From: a virus
Strand: one strand, 5' to 3'
Virus record (IMG/VR): IMGVR_UViG_3300028920_000032
Location: 64,001 to 128,000 of that record
Length of the DNA: 64,000 nucleotides
Shown in pieces: positions 31,871 to 42,788 of this stretch. Each line of letters opens with the position of its first letter. The first letter of the stretch is position 1. A model generated the notes under the pieces. It worked only from the letters and a program-made list of their open reading frames with translations, had not been told where the DNA came from and searched no databases. The translations under genes were made by a program, and so were the position numbers.

Positions 31871-33027
31871 TATTTTGAATCCTTTGCTTTTCTAAGTATA
31901 TTAGAAATAGTAGAGTTCATTTCATCATATAGATCCAGATATGGATCCATAAATTCACATTCTTTACCATTGTATTGTTTAAGAGATCCACTATATTTAA
32001 TATTCATATTTACTAATGTTTTAAATGCTGCTATCATATGATCTTTGTCAACATGATTAGTCAAGAAGTTGTGGATATTTTTAATTCGCTCATCATTAAG
32101 TTCTGGATGTGTTTTAATAAAAGCAACAAGTTCAGTTGAAAGTGAATATTTCTTTGGTCTTTCTAAGCTCTTGATTTTTGATTTAAATTGTTCATATCTT
32201 TCTAAAATATCAATTGGAGTTATTTTAGCTTTAGTTTTTAAATAATCTCTCAATGATACGGCAACTGCACCTATTAAACCTGGACCGAATGTGTCAACTA
32301 TAGACTCAGCTCTCATCTTAGGATTTTGTATAATAAGCTGAGACATCTTGTCCCATGTTCTTGGAGTTGCATATGCAACATCTTCTTCTTTAGGATCTAC
32401 ATAAATGTTTGATGGTTTTGTTTCAAGAAAGCCGATGATATCAGGATGAATATTACCTTCTCCCTTGGCCCATAGTAACCAACAATCAAACATCTCAGTA
32501 TCATCTACAAAGAAATGTATAAATCTGTTATTAAATGCAGCGTCAGTTATTTCTGTAACTTCGGTATGATCATTCTCACCAAGATTACCAGCACATACTA
32601 CAAACCAATTATCTAAAAGATTATGTAAACCAACTCTTCTATCATTCACTAATTCAAAAAGTGATTGAATTACATCAAATTTAGATCGATTGATTTCATC
32701 TAAAAATAATATGCCACCGTCACTGAATTTCTTTCCTTTGTTAATTCTTCCAGGTACAGGAAGATCGGCAAATTTTTCAAATGGGAGCATTTCTGGGGGA
32801 TACCAACGACAACTACCTGTTTCTTCATTAGCTTTAGGAATTCCCCTAGTATCACAAGATTCTAGTTGTGAAAATCTTACATCAATAAATGAAATACCTA
32901 ATAATGCTGCTAACTGTGCAAAAATAGCTGATTTACCAATACCAGGTTTGCCATGAACATAAGGTACACAGACTTGTGGTGTTTTCAATAAAATTTCTAC
33001 AGCCTGCTTAATTTCTGCTATAGTCAT
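31870..33027 (-). CDS. MoxR-like AAA+ ATPase
   Basis: GKPGIGKS, LFLDEINR, AGN, NRF, TPRTW. Confidence 0.9.
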   Translation of the reverse strand: MTIAEIKQAVEILLKTPQVCVPYVHGKPGIGKSAIFAQLAALLGISFIDVRFSQLESCDTRGIPKANEETGSCRWYPPEMLPFEKFADLPVPGRINKGKKFSDGGILFLDEINRSKFDVIQSLFELVNDRRVGLHNLLDNWFVVCAGNLGENDHTEVTEITDAAFNNRFIHFFVDDTEMFDCWLLWAKGEGNIHPDIIGFLETKPSNIYVDPKEEDVAYATPRTWDKMSQLIIQNPKMRAESIVDTFGPGLIGAVAVSLRDYLKTKAKITPIDILERYEQFKSKIKSLERPKKYSLSTELVAFIKTHPELNDERIKNIHNFLTNHVDKDHMIAAFKTLVNMNIKYSGSLKQYNGKECEFMDPYLDLYDEMNSTISNILRKAKDSK

Positions 33028-33089
33028 ATTACCTCCTCTTTTATGATATTTTAATTATATTGAAAACTCGAAACTATTTAAACTATTTT

Positions 33090-33881
33090 TTAAAAACCAT
33101 CAAATAGTTGATTTGAAGCATACCGTGTGTATGTTTTTTTTCCGAAGAAAAAGCAGTATTTATACTTATTAATAAAAAATATTTTTTTATTTCTTTTTTG
33201 GTTTAACCAATCATTTAATATTTGACCATCATTCCAATGCATATAAGGAGACGTCTGTGCGTATTTGTTTGTTTGTTGTCGGTAGAAAGTTATTATTTCT
33301 TCATCTGAATATTCTCGGAAAGCATCATAGCCATGTTTTTCAAAAAGCAATAATTCAAATATTTCACAACTTTCATCAATTGATAATAATTCTGTATGAG
33401 TGTGTGGACCAGTTGAATTACCATATGTTCCAGCAGAACCGATCAACCAATCTTGTTTATATTCAGTCTCAACTAAAAATTGTTTAAGACTCCATGGTAT
33501 AATATTTTGTGTAGGGTGCATATGCGCAATTCGCATCTCAAATTGATAAGTTTTTGAAGTTAAGAAGATTAAAGATCCATAATCTTTATTATTATAATCT
33601 TTAAATCCAGTCGAATCAAAATTAAATGGGCAAACTACAACATCATTTATACCCCGCACAGTACCACCTCTTGCTCTATCAACACCACTATGTATTCTTA
33701 CATATCCATTTTCCCAATTAGGTCCCCATCCTTCTTCTATGCCAAATTGAGCAGTGAAAGCAGCTCCTTTTCTATAACTAAAACCTTCTTTAATTTTATT
33801 TTCAACTTCAAATTTACGAAGTAACAATTTATCAGCTTGAGTGGGTTTTGGTGCAACAAAGTCATGGTGTATATTAGACAT
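33090..33881 (-). CDS. M23-like metallopeptidase (divergent)
   Basis: HSGVD, YG, AHM, G..G.STGPHTH. Confidence 0.7.
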   Translation of the reverse strand: MSNIHHDFVAPKPTQADKLLLRKFEVENKIKEGFSYRKGAAFTAQFGIEEGWGPNWENGYVRIHSGVDRARGGTVRGINDVVVCPFNFDSTGFKDYNNKDYGSLIFLTSKTYQFEMRIAHMHPTQNIIPWSLKQFLVETEYKQDWLIGSAGTYGNSTGPHTHTELLSIDESCEIFELLLFEKHGYDAFREYSDEEIITFYRQQTNKYAQTSPYMHWNDGQILNDWLNQKRNKKIFFINKYKYCFFFGKKTYTRYASNQLFDGF

Positions 33882-34107
33882 TCTTCTTCTTCCAATCTTT
33901 TAGAGCTTTTTCATACTTTTCATCTGTCTTATAATCTTCTCTCTTTGGGCAATTACCCTTTCTTCTTCCTTTCCCGGCTAAACCTGGTCCCGGACCCGAA
34001 CCATCGGGAACACCACGTGTACCTTTATAGCCTTCATTTTTTAATTCTTTGTTTAATTTATCTAAGGTGTCTTTAAGTTCCATTGTTTCCTCCAACTTTT
34101 TTACCAA
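33874..34107 (-). CDS. Small basic Gly-rich protein (DUF5320-like motif)
   Basis: DGSGPGPG..G.GRRKGNC. Confidence 0.45.
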   Translation of the reverse strand: MVKKLEETMELKDTLDKLNKELKNEGYKGTRGVPDGSGPGPGLAGKGRRKGNCPKREDYKTDEKYEKALKDWKKKNV

Positions 34108-34576
34108 TTCTATTTATTGTTATGTTGTTCAAGTGATCGCATTCATGTTGAAAAACTTGAGCAAACAAACCATCTAATTCCTGCTTTACTCTTTTAACAT
34201 TATCGCTAGAGTCTATTTCATCCCAGCTTGCTATAATTTTTTTATGCCTGGTAACAAGATATGTATCTTTACCATAAGTTAAACAACCTTCTTCAACTTG
34301 ATATATTTCTTTTCCTTTGAATTTATATTCAGCATTAATAAAGACACACCAATTACCCATATTAACTTGACCTTTAACTTTAGTATCTGGTCGAAATGCC
34401 ACAAAAAACTTTTTTCTGATACCAACTTGAATAGCAGCCAAACCAATACCATTTTTACGACTACATAGTGATATCATTTGTTTAAGGATTTTACTTTGTA
34501 AAAGTTTAAGAATGTCTTTACGCGTCAACTCAGCACAAGTAACATTCTCAACATACTGTGGTTTTTCTAAAGTCAT
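34073..34576 (-). CDS. def: Peptide deformylase
   Basis: GIGLAAIQVG, EGCL, QHECDHL; start revised to 34576 (GAGGAG SD). Confidence 0.95.
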   Translation of the reverse strand: MTLEKPQYVENVTCAELTRKDILKLLQSKILKQMISLCSRKNGIGLAAIQVGIRKKFFVAFRPDTKVKGQVNMGNWCVFINAEYKFKGKEIYQVEEGCLTYGKDTYLVTRHKKIIASWDEIDSSDNVKRVKQELDGLFAQVFQHECDHLNNITINRIGKKVGGNNGT

Positions 34577-34607
34577 ATTTTCTCCTCTTAAGAATATATG
34601 CGACACA

Positions 34608-34636
34608 GGAAGGGGAGCAGCTTAAGCTCCCCTTCC
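34608..34636 (-). terminator. 11-bp hairpin ending the AAA/VWA operon
   Basis: GGAAGGGGAGC...GCTCCCCTTCC; weak T-run. Confidence 0.6.
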
Positions 34637-34664
34637 ATAATAATATTAATACAATTAATATTTC

Positions 34665-35099
34665 TTATTTTTTAGCTTTTAGCATCTTTATGTTCTGTGC
34701 TGTAAATCCTTTTTTGTACTTTGCATTTCCAGCGATCTCAATTGCTAAATTGACAATGTCGAGAAAATTTCCACTAGGATTATCAATGATCTTATATCCC
34801 ACTCCAGCTTCAGAAATCATTTCTTCACCAAATAATTCTTCACCAGTTTCTCCTTTAGCGCCTAACTCAGCTTCAGTAAAAAATGCTGTTGACCAACTTC
34901 CTTTTTTCTCACCATTTTTGTCATGCTCAAGAATAACCATGTCATAACCACTTGGTTGAAATGCCCAAATATAATTGATGTTAGCAGCTTTAAGAGCAAC
35001 TTTAACTTTTGCATCAATTTTATCTCCTTCTTTTCCACCTTCAAAAAGGAGTTTTCCGCCGCTTCGATCTAGCTCTTCTAAAAAGTTTTTAACTTTCAT
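34665..35099 (-). CDS. Hypothetical, last gene of AAA/VWA operon
   Basis: GGAGG SD; MKVKNFLEELD. Confidence 0.7.
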   Translation of the reverse strand: MKVKNFLEELDRSGGKLLFEGGKEGDKIDAKVKVALKAANINYIWAFQPSGYDMVILEHDKNGEKKGSWSTAFFTEAELGAKGETGEELFGEEMISEAGVGYKIIDNPSGNFLDIVNLAIEIAGNAKYKKGFTAQNIKMLKAKK

Positions 35100-35114
35100 T
35101 TGTTTCCTCCATTA

Positions 35115-36764
35115 TTATATCTTATAACTCTCATATACAATTACATTTTTAGGATGTACATATTGTACTGTCCCATCTATTATTAAATATAATATGCTAT
35201 CATGGTGTACTTTATATAACATACCCAAATTTTTATCTGAGGGTGTTGTAAAAAATTCACCATCAGTAGCTATTAATAAAAATGGTACTACAATTGGTAC
35301 CATATCATTTTTATCTATATTATCTTGTTTTACAATGGTCTTTTTTTCAGTTTCTTCTTTATCACTTATGGGTTGAAATTGAGTTTTCTTTCCAAATAAT
35401 TCACTCTGTGTGACAAATTCTAAAACAATATCATCAGCACTCATACCTTTTTCTGTAGGTTGTTTTAAAAGATTTAATAGAGCAAGCTGTGGGCTTTTGT
35501 CTTTATTATAAATAAGGTGATCATGCATATAATCAAATATACATGTCGGAGTAGTTCCACCGCCTCCTACAACAGCTTCTTCGCCACCTGCATATTTTCG
35601 CCAATCGCCAGCTTTATATTCACTAATACCAGTTACTTCAGTGTCCCAAGTCATAAAATAAACTTTACCTTTAAATTTTCTTCCACCAGCATTAATTCCA
35701 GATTTAAAATTATTCGCTATTTTATCCATTTCACTAAATACTTTTTCTATAGTTGTTTTGCCAATAGATCCAGATACATCTAATGCAACTATTAAAACTA
35801 TTTCACCATATGGAGCTTTTTTAAATGGTCCTTTAAAAACTATCTTTTGTCCGGGAACATGTGAAGCCGGATGCATTAAGCCAGTAACAAAAGATTTTTC
35901 TTTTTGTTTTCCAACACCAGTTTTCATTTTTTTGCTAGGTAATTTTGAAAATTTGTTTATAGAAGCAGCTGATTTTGATTTGAAGTCTTGTATTTTTTTC
36001 TTTAGTTCTTTTAGCCAATCAATTTTTGGTTCATATAAATTGCGAATTTTATCCATAGCAGATCCTGAACCAAAACCACCAGCTTGACCTTTTTCATTTC
36101 TACCATGACGTTCTCTCATGTCTTTTGCTTTTTCTAGGATGTCTTTTGTAATCTGCTTACTTTCTCCTTTTTGAGATTTGTTTAAAATATCATGTGAATC
36201 AAATGTATTGTGCTGACCACCCATTCTCTGTTCAGCACCTTTGCCTATTTCTTCTTTTGATGGTTGTTTGCCAGTTCCTACTGTTTGTTTTTTACGTTTA
36301 ATGCTTCCACTTACTTCTTTCCCCTCACCTTCTTTTCTTTCTTTTCCTTCACCTTCTTTTCCTTCACCTTCTTTTCCTTCACCTTCTTTTCCTTCACCTT
36401 CTTTGCCAACTTTTCCAGTGCCACCACAAGTTGGACATTTTTGTTCTTTACCTTTAGTATCTTCTGTTTTTCCGGTACCTTCACAAGTTGGACATTCTTT
36501 TTGTTTAGGAGATAATTCACTAGGTTTAACTTTTACTTTTTTATTTTGTTTTTGTTTACCACCACTTTTCGGAGGACCAGTTGAGATAACTTCTATTTCA
36601 ACAGGTTTGCCATCAATTGGGTCTGGAAGTGCTGGGATTTCACCTTCACCTGCACCTGCAGGTGGTGTTATATAAACTGGTGTTATTTCATCACGATTAA
36701 ATGTGATCTCATTACTTTTAGTGGCTTCATCTAATTGTTGTAAAAAACTTTTAAAACTACTCAT
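35115..36764 (-). CDS. VWA-domain protein with CxxCxGxG zinc finger and low-complexity linker
   Basis: CPTCEGTG, CPTCGGTG, (EGEGK)n, ALDVSGS, GGGT, ATDG. Confidence 0.85.
   Translation of the reverse strand: MSSFKSFLQQLDEATKSNEITFNRDEITPVYITPPAGAGEGEIPALPDPIDGKPVEIEVISTGPPKSGGKQKQNKKVKVKPSELSPKQKECPTCEGTGKTEDTKGKEQKCPTCGGTGKVGKEGEGKEGEGKEGEGKEGEGKERKEGEGKEVSGSIKRKKQTVGTGKQPSKEEIGKGAEQRMGGQHNTFDSHDILNKSQKGESKQITKDILEKAKDMRERHGRNEKGQAGGFGSGSAMDKIRNLYEPKIDWLKELKKKIQDFKSKSAASINKFSKLPSKKMKTGVGKQKEKSFVTGLMHPASHVPGQKIVFKGPFKKAPYGEIVLIVALDVSGSIGKTTIEKVFSEMDKIANNFKSGINAGGRKFKGKVYFMTWDTEVTGISEYKAGDWRKYAGGEEAVVGGGGTTPTCIFDYMHDHLIYNKDKSPQLALLNLLKQPTEKGMSADDIVLEFVTQSELFGKKTQFQPISDKEETEKKTIVKQDNIDKNDMVPIVVPFLLIATDGEFFTTPSDKNLGMLYKVHHDSILYLIIDGTVQYVHPKNVIVYESYKI
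36346..36404. repeat. 15-bp tandem repeat x4 encoding KEGEG
   Basis: ccttcaccttctttt repeated. Confidence 0.9.
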
Positions 36765-36766
36765 TA

Positions 36767-37639
36767 TTATTTACCTCCACTAACTTTACGAATCTCATCT
36801 TGAATATCAACTGGAATAGTTATATAATTTCCTTGCTTGTCTTTTCCAGTTATTTTTCTATATTCACCAGCATGTTTTCCAGAATTGACTTTAACTATAG
36901 TGCCATCTGAAAAATAATCATAAGGAGGTTGTTTATTCTGTTTCTTTTGTTTTTTTTGTTTAGCTAATAAATATTCATACATCCTATCAGATGTCCAGGG
37001 TAATCTAATTTTGTCTTTATTTTTTTCAATATGTTTTTCATATTCTTCTGGAACTTTTAGAACTGCTCGATCATTTTTTATTTGATCCCATGTTTTACCA
37101 GTTTGTTTTTCTATCATTTTTTTTTCTTCATCTGTATAACTCATAACATCATGACTTATCCATTCAGGTGCCCATGAACTAATTTTTGGAGTTGCCATAA
37201 TATCTTTATTTATAATCATATCGGTGGCACTATTCCATAATTCACCTTCTTTTCCACTAGCATCTTGTCTATCTTGATGCAATCTAAAAATGTGATCAGC
37301 TTCATGTGCAATCAGAAACATAATCATTCCTGGTTTTTTTGCAATTCTATCAATAAATTCTTTATCGTAATAAAACTCTATTTTATCATTTGCTGCTCTA
37401 ACACCTGCAGTACGCATCCAACCTGGTGCATTTTTATTTTTAACCATCCACCATTCACAATATTGTATAAATTCGTATAACTCATATTCATCGTTGTCTA
37501 AGAAAGACTGTCTTATGATGGCTATTGGCTTTGGTATAGAAGTACGTTCTGCTTGTAAATAGCGACGTGCTTCTTCCATACTCATGTCTTCTATATTTTC
37601 TTTTGCTTCTAGAATAACATCAAATAATGTTTTAGCCAT
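36767..37639 (-). CDS. HExxH metallopeptidase (DUF2201 N-terminal-like)
   Basis: TAGV, AHEADH, WNSATDMIIN; paralogous to N-half of 30575..31870. Confidence 0.8.
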   Translation of the reverse strand: MAKTLFDVILEAKENIEDMSMEEARRYLQAERTSIPKPIAIIRQSFLDNDEYELYEFIQYCEWWMVKNKNAPGWMRTAGVRAANDKIEFYYDKEFIDRIAKKPGMIMFLIAHEADHIFRLHQDRQDASGKEGELWNSATDMIINKDIMATPKISSWAPEWISHDVMSYTDEEKKMIEKQTGKTWDQIKNDRAVLKVPEEYEKHIEKNKDKIRLPWTSDRMYEYLLAKQKKQKKQNKQPPYDYFSDGTIVKVNSGKHAGEYRKITGKDKQGNYITIPVDIQDEIRKVSGGK

Positions 37640-40059
37640 TATTTTACTCCACCTTCATGAAGCTTTTTAAAGAATAAATGCATATTCATACTTTCTTCTT
37701 TTTTCTCTTTCTTTTCTTTTTTAGGAATTGATTTTTTTTCTTCTGAAAATAAAGATTCAAGCTCTTTCTCAACTTGTGATTTAGTTTTCATTTTAGTTTT
37801 AATAGCTTCTTCATAAGCTGCCCAACCTTCTCCAACAGCTTTCTGATGAATTTTTCTTATCACATCATGTCCTTTTTTAGCTCTTGTGTCAATTAAATGC
37901 AAAAAGGAAGCAAAGTCATCATCAGGTATATTTAAATCTTTTTTTAATTGTTGAAAAGTTTTTAATAATTGGTGTTCAATACCAGCTTTAGATATAACTG
38001 GCCATTTATTTTGCTTCATAAATGTTTCAATTTCAGAAGAATTTTTAAATTGTTCTAGAGCATATAATAATTGAGCTAAAAATCTTGGTATAGTACCAAA
38101 TCCAAGATTGGTGAAATTTTTCATTACTAAAGGTCTTACGGCTTTATAATTAAATAATATATCATAATGTGAAACGCCTTTCTTTATTTCTTTTTTGAAA
38201 TTTCTAATAATATCATAGACAATACTAACTCCATTATCTCCAAAGTGACAAGCTTGTAGTGACATTAATGAAACTTGAGTTTGGCTTTTATCCATATAGG
38301 CAGCAAACAAATAATCATTTACATTTTTAGATAATTTTGTTTTTTCTCCTTTTTCATTTATTGCTGCTTCTCCACTCTTTTCCATTTCTTTCATTATTTG
38401 TTCAGCTTTTGGACGTAACTTTTCTTTTTCTTCATCGTTTAATCGAGAAAAATTAACAAAACCAGATTCAATCATATGATCTGCAACCATTGTCCAAGCT
38501 CTAGGAGACATAGTTCTAGCTCCTCCTCCGCCTTTACCTCCAGCAACTTCTACTGGTAATAAGAATGGAGCTTCCATTGCTGTAATATCAGGATCTTCTG
38601 ATTTCTTTTGAGTTAATTTAGTTATATAACTAATTATAATTCCAGGAATTCTTACCAGTAATGGTAAAGATTCACCGCTTTCAAAATTTGCAACAAATTT
38701 TTTACCACCAAAATTATTTATCCATGATGCAGCATGATATCGACCAAAAACAACTTGTTGTATCCTTTCTAGTGTAGCGATGTCAAGATTATTTATTTCG
38801 TTAACAGCATCATAGACACCTTTTTGTTGACCAGTGTTCATTGCCAATACTATTACAATTTTCTTAGGTAAGTGATATCTTTCAATCTTTTCAATTTTAC
38901 CTTTCTTCCTAATTACTTCAGAAGCTCCACCTAATTCACCACTTAATAACAAGTTCATAACAGCTGCCATTTTTTCTGAATCTGCTCTATTAAACTCATC
39001 AAAAAATAATAACCAGTTGTCAACATCTCCAGATGGGGGTAAATATTCTGATGGTGCCAGCTTTACAATAGTTTTGGCTAACTGTAATCTATCTTCTTTT
39101 GAAGCGTTTTCTGGATCATCAAAAACTTTTTTTAGATATGGGAATCCTTGTACTACTTCTAATGCAACTTTCTGTAATTCAAGTGGAAAATAATGAAAAC
39201 CTTGTTTCTCAGCTGCCTGTTTGATAATCATTGATTTTCCCCAACCAGTAGGTGCGTATATAGCAATATTTTTTACCATACTACCTTTCATTACTTTACC
39301 ACTTTTTACTTTTTCCATAAGTTCATTTAACATTTTTACAAAATGACCATAGTGAACTTCAACTGGTCGTATTTTTTCAACTTTATCTTCTGTTTTTTCT
39401 AATGCACTAGTACCAGCTGACAATATTAATTTAGAAGCTAAAGAGTACATAGAAGCTTTTAGTTTTTCTTCATCTTCTTCTTCATCATCATCAGTCTCTT
39501 CACTTAATAATTGTTTAAGTTTTTTAGAAAGTTTATAATCAATTCCTTCTTGTACAGCTTTTTGTTTTGGTTCTATTATATGCATTATTCCAAACCCCTT
39601 AGGGCCATTAACAGTTACGCCGAAACCAAAATCCATTGTTTCAGAAAGATATACATCCATTTTACCAACAGAAGTTTTATTATATTCAGCCGTAAGTACA
39701 TTCTCTCCAAATGGGGCTTTATTGTAATTGATATCATTAGCCGGTGGAATCAACATATCACCTTTTTTGTTAAACATAATAAATTTATTTCCAACTGTCT
39801 TTGCTATGGCGACACCAAATTTCCATCCCCACTGTGCCACAGCTTTAATTTTATTAGTAAGTTTTTTCCAACCAGACTTAACAGCGGCACCAGCTTTTTT
39901 AACAACATCACTAAATTTTTCATTAATTTGGTCTTCAGCAGATATTTCATTAGATATTTGCTCTAATAAATTTATTTTTTTAATGCCTCTACGAGTAATG
40001 GTAGGTTTTTTATTAGTTATTTCATTATTAATTCTTTTTATGAATTTATCCCAACTCAT
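37639..40059 (-). CDS. MoxR-like AAA+ ATPase with long N-terminal extension
   Basis: APTGWGKS, LFFDEFNRA, AMN, SPRAW. Confidence 0.85.
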   Translation of the reverse strand: MSWDKFIKRINNEITNKKPTITRRGIKKINLLEQISNEISAEDQINEKFSDVVKKAGAAVKSGWKKLTNKIKAVAQWGWKFGVAIAKTVGNKFIMFNKKGDMLIPPANDINYNKAPFGENVLTAEYNKTSVGKMDVYLSETMDFGFGVTVNGPKGFGIMHIIEPKQKAVQEGIDYKLSKKLKQLLSEETDDDEEEDEEKLKASMYSLASKLILSAGTSALEKTEDKVEKIRPVEVHYGHFVKMLNELMEKVKSGKVMKGSMVKNIAIYAPTGWGKSMIIKQAAEKQGFHYFPLELQKVALEVVQGFPYLKKVFDDPENASKEDRLQLAKTIVKLAPSEYLPPSGDVDNWLLFFDEFNRADSEKMAAVMNLLLSGELGGASEVIRKKGKIEKIERYHLPKKIVIVLAMNTGQQKGVYDAVNEINNLDIATLERIQQVVFGRYHAASWINNFGGKKFVANFESGESLPLLVRIPGIIISYITKLTQKKSEDPDITAMEAPFLLPVEVAGGKGGGGARTMSPRAWTMVADHMIESGFVNFSRLNDEEKEKLRPKAEQIMKEMEKSGEAAINEKGEKTKLSKNVNDYLFAAYMDKSQTQVSLMSLQACHFGDNGVSIVYDIIRNFKKEIKKGVSHYDILFNYKAVRPLVMKNFTNLGFGTIPRFLAQLLYALEQFKNSSEIETFMKQNKWPVISKAGIEHQLLKTFQQLKKDLNIPDDDFASFLHLIDTRAKKGHDVIRKIHQKAVGEGWAAYEEAIKTKMKTKSQVEKELESLFSEEKKSIPKKEKKEKKEESMNMHLFFKKLHEGGVK

Positions 40060-40387
40060 CTTAGTTGCTCCTCATATTTTATCACAAAATATCTTACAAT
40101 TTGATTTTAATTATCTTGCTTTTTATGTATATAAACAATAGTTACAATTTCATTTATTAGAGTAAAATTTATCAATCATCTTCTTTAAGTCTTTCATCAA
40201 TCATATCTGTGCTGAATGAAAGTAGGGTTAAAAAAGCTTTAAAATAATTAATATATTCATCAAGCATAGTGTCGCGACCATCCGGTATTCTGATTTCGAC
40301 AGATTTATAGTTATATCTATCTCCTTCAGGAATATCATCTATATCAAATTTAAAAATAATCATATAGTCTTCCTTGTTTTATAAATA

Positions 40388-40398
40388 TATGCCGCATA
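40388..40398. promoter_or_regulatory. Back-to-back GCATA promoter-like motifs driving divergent genes
   Basis: tatgc-c-gcata between ORF 40172..40363(-) and 40424..41815(+). Confidence 0.6.
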
Positions 40399-40423
40399 TG
40401 TTTATAAAACAAAGGTAAACAAT

Positions 40424-41815
40424 ATGAAGAAAACTGATGTAATAATTGTTGGAGCTGGCCCTGCTGGCTGTTTTTTAGCTAAAAAATTAGCTGAGTGTGG
40501 CTTGAAAGTTGTCATTTTAGAGGCTATGGATGAGCCAGGTTCCAACTGGGAAATAGCAATAGAAAAATCAGCTTTTGGAGAAACTAACTTACAATTACCA
40601 CCTAAAAAAATATGGCAAGAAAATCCAGAACTCAAAAAATATTTTGCAATTAACATGAATAATAGTGTTGAGATAAAACTAAAAGACGACGACGAATTAA
40701 TAATTTTACATAAAGATTTCAATAATTATTTATTAGAAAAAGCTACTAAAGCTGGTGTAACATTCATGTCCAAACACAGAGTAAAAAATATAAACTATGA
40801 TATATCTAATGATACTTTAGAAGGAGTTTCTGGTGTATATAGAACGAAGCAATTATTTAAAAAAGAACTTGAATTACACTTTGACTTTAAAGCCGATATG
40901 ATAGTTGATGCATCTGGAATAAATAGTGTTATAAGAAAACAACTACCAGCTACTTATATGTTAAGAAATAAAATTGAACAAGAAGAATTTGTTTTTGCGT
41001 GGAATGAAGTAAGAAAAGTCAATAAAAGTCAATTAAACCAAATAGAAGATATATTTCATCTGAAGCCAGGAATGGCCTATCTTGCACTTGGAAGACATAG
41101 AGCATATGAACTTATGCATGTAAAAAAAGACAACACGGTTGGTTTAGTTTTTGGTTCAAATCAATCAAAACCAGCAGTAGTTATTGCTCGAGAATTTTTA
41201 GAAAAATATAATTTTTTTGGAGAAAGAATTAGGAGTGCTGGCAGACAAATACCACTCAGAAGAGCTTTAGATACTATGATTGGAGATCATTTTGCATGCA
41301 TAGGTGATTCAGCTTGTCAAGTAATTCCCACAATGGGATCTGGAGTTGCTTCTTCAATGTATGCGGCTGATATCTTATCTAAAGCCATCAATAAAGCATT
41401 TAATAGAAATGATTTTTCATATCAAAAATTGTGGTCATATAATCATCGATATCAGTCAGGAAGAGGAGCAACATTAGCATCATTTGATATAATGCGAAGA
41501 TTTTTACAAAATATATCGCATGAAGAAATTGAAGTATTATTTTCTTCTAAATTATTAACAAAAGAGATGTTAACGAACACATTTAATTCTACAAATATAA
41601 GATTTGATGTTGCAAATATATTTGAAAAAATTATGAATTTATTTTCTAGAAAAAAATTAGGCTTTGGACAAAAACTTATGAGAGCTATGAATGATTCTCA
41701 TAAAATTCTACAATTGTATAGAAACTATACAGTACGCTATGATAAAAAAGCATATGAACGTTGGCGCAAAAAAACTAGAGAAATTTTCAAAAAATACAAT
41801 AAGATAAATATATGA
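40424..41815 (+). CDS. FAD-dependent oxidoreductase, geranylgeranyl-reductase family
   Basis: DVIIVGAGPAG, VDASG, IGDSA.QV.P..GSGV. Confidence 0.85.
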   Translation: MKKTDVIIVGAGPAGCFLAKKLAECGLKVVILEAMDEPGSNWEIAIEKSAFGETNLQLPPKKIWQENPELKKYFAINMNNSVEIKLKDDDELIILHKDFNNYLLEKATKAGVTFMSKHRVKNINYDISNDTLEGVSGVYRTKQLFKKELELHFDFKADMIVDASGINSVIRKQLPATYMLRNKIEQEEFVFAWNEVRKVNKSQLNQIEDIFHLKPGMAYLALGRHRAYELMHVKKDNTVGLVFGSNQSKPAVVIAREFLEKYNFFGERIRSAGRQIPLRRALDTMIGDHFACIGDSACQVIPTMGSGVASSMYAADILSKAINKAFNRNDFSYQKLWSYNHRYQSGRGATLASFDIMRRFLQNISHEEIEVLFSSKLLTKEMLTNTFNSTNIRFDVANIFEKIMNLFSRKKLGFGQKLMRAMNDSHKILQLYRNYTVRYDKKAYERWRKKTREIFKKYNKINI

Positions 41816-42557
41816 GAAATCGTGTTATGGATCACTCCTTTATACAAGCTGTTTTTAAAACACAATACAAACGACCTGATGGTAGAGTGGGTGAAGAAGC
41901 TAGTAATTGGAATTAGAAAAAAAGAATTATAAAATTTTAGGTAATCTAAAATGGTTTGACATTGTTGAACAATATAAAGATTTAGATTATGCTTCAGGAG
42001 ATCTTGTATTTTCTATTTCGGTTTTAGTAAGTGGTCTAAGACCAGAAATTTTATATCTACATTATGACTTAAACACAAATTATTTAGATATCGACACAGA
42101 TTGAAAATAATATACTTCATCATCTTTGCCAAAATATTCATAACCCATCTCTTTTAATCTTTTAGTGTAAAATTTTAATCTAGACTCTTTTTCATAATAA
42201 AATTCATAATATATAGAAAAAGCAATATACTTAGGTTTAATTATGTCTAAATACTCTTTAATAATTGAAATTAATTTCTTGATAGTCGAATATTGCATTT
42301 CATTTATTAAACCGAAATGTAAAGCATTTTTTGAGAAGTTCTTACCTTTTTTCTTTTTAGCAGATTTTTTAGTAATTCCAATAACTAAGAAAGGAATATG
42401 TAATTCTGGTGTAATTACACCTTCTATCTTATCAGATTCTACAATATAAGTTAAACCATTAATTGTGAATCTTTTTATTTCTCCATACTTTTTCATATGA
42501 GTCTCCTAAACTAACTCATATGAAAAAATCTCTCCATCTTAACATTTTTTATCCAAT

Positions 42558-42752
42558 TTATTTATTTTCTTTTATATATTCTTGAATTTCAGTAAATCTA
42601 TTTGAAAATTCATCCCATTCATCAACAGACATAGAAATACCCTTCCCAGGTCTCAACTCTCCGTCTTTTTCAAACCATTTTCTGATGTGCACATACTTTT
42701 TGCTTTTAAAATCACTAATATGTATTTTGATATCTTTTCCTATATTAATCAT
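42558..42752 (-). CDS. PC4/YdbC-like single-stranded nucleic-acid-binding protein
   Basis: I.ISDFK.K.YVHIRKWF..DGE..PGKGISM...EW. Confidence 0.85.
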   Translation of the reverse strand: MINIGKDIKIHISDFKSKKYVHIRKWFEKDGELRPGKGISMSVDEWDEFSNRFTEIQEYIKENK

Positions 42753-42788
42753 TGCTTTCTTCCTCTTAAAATTTTAGCTAAGAACTTA

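Noticed and set aside
36346-36404. CRISPR array
   Set aside because: Spacer-less in-frame coding repeat; no repeat-spacer array seen anywhere, and the Cas4-like gene at 57027 is solitary
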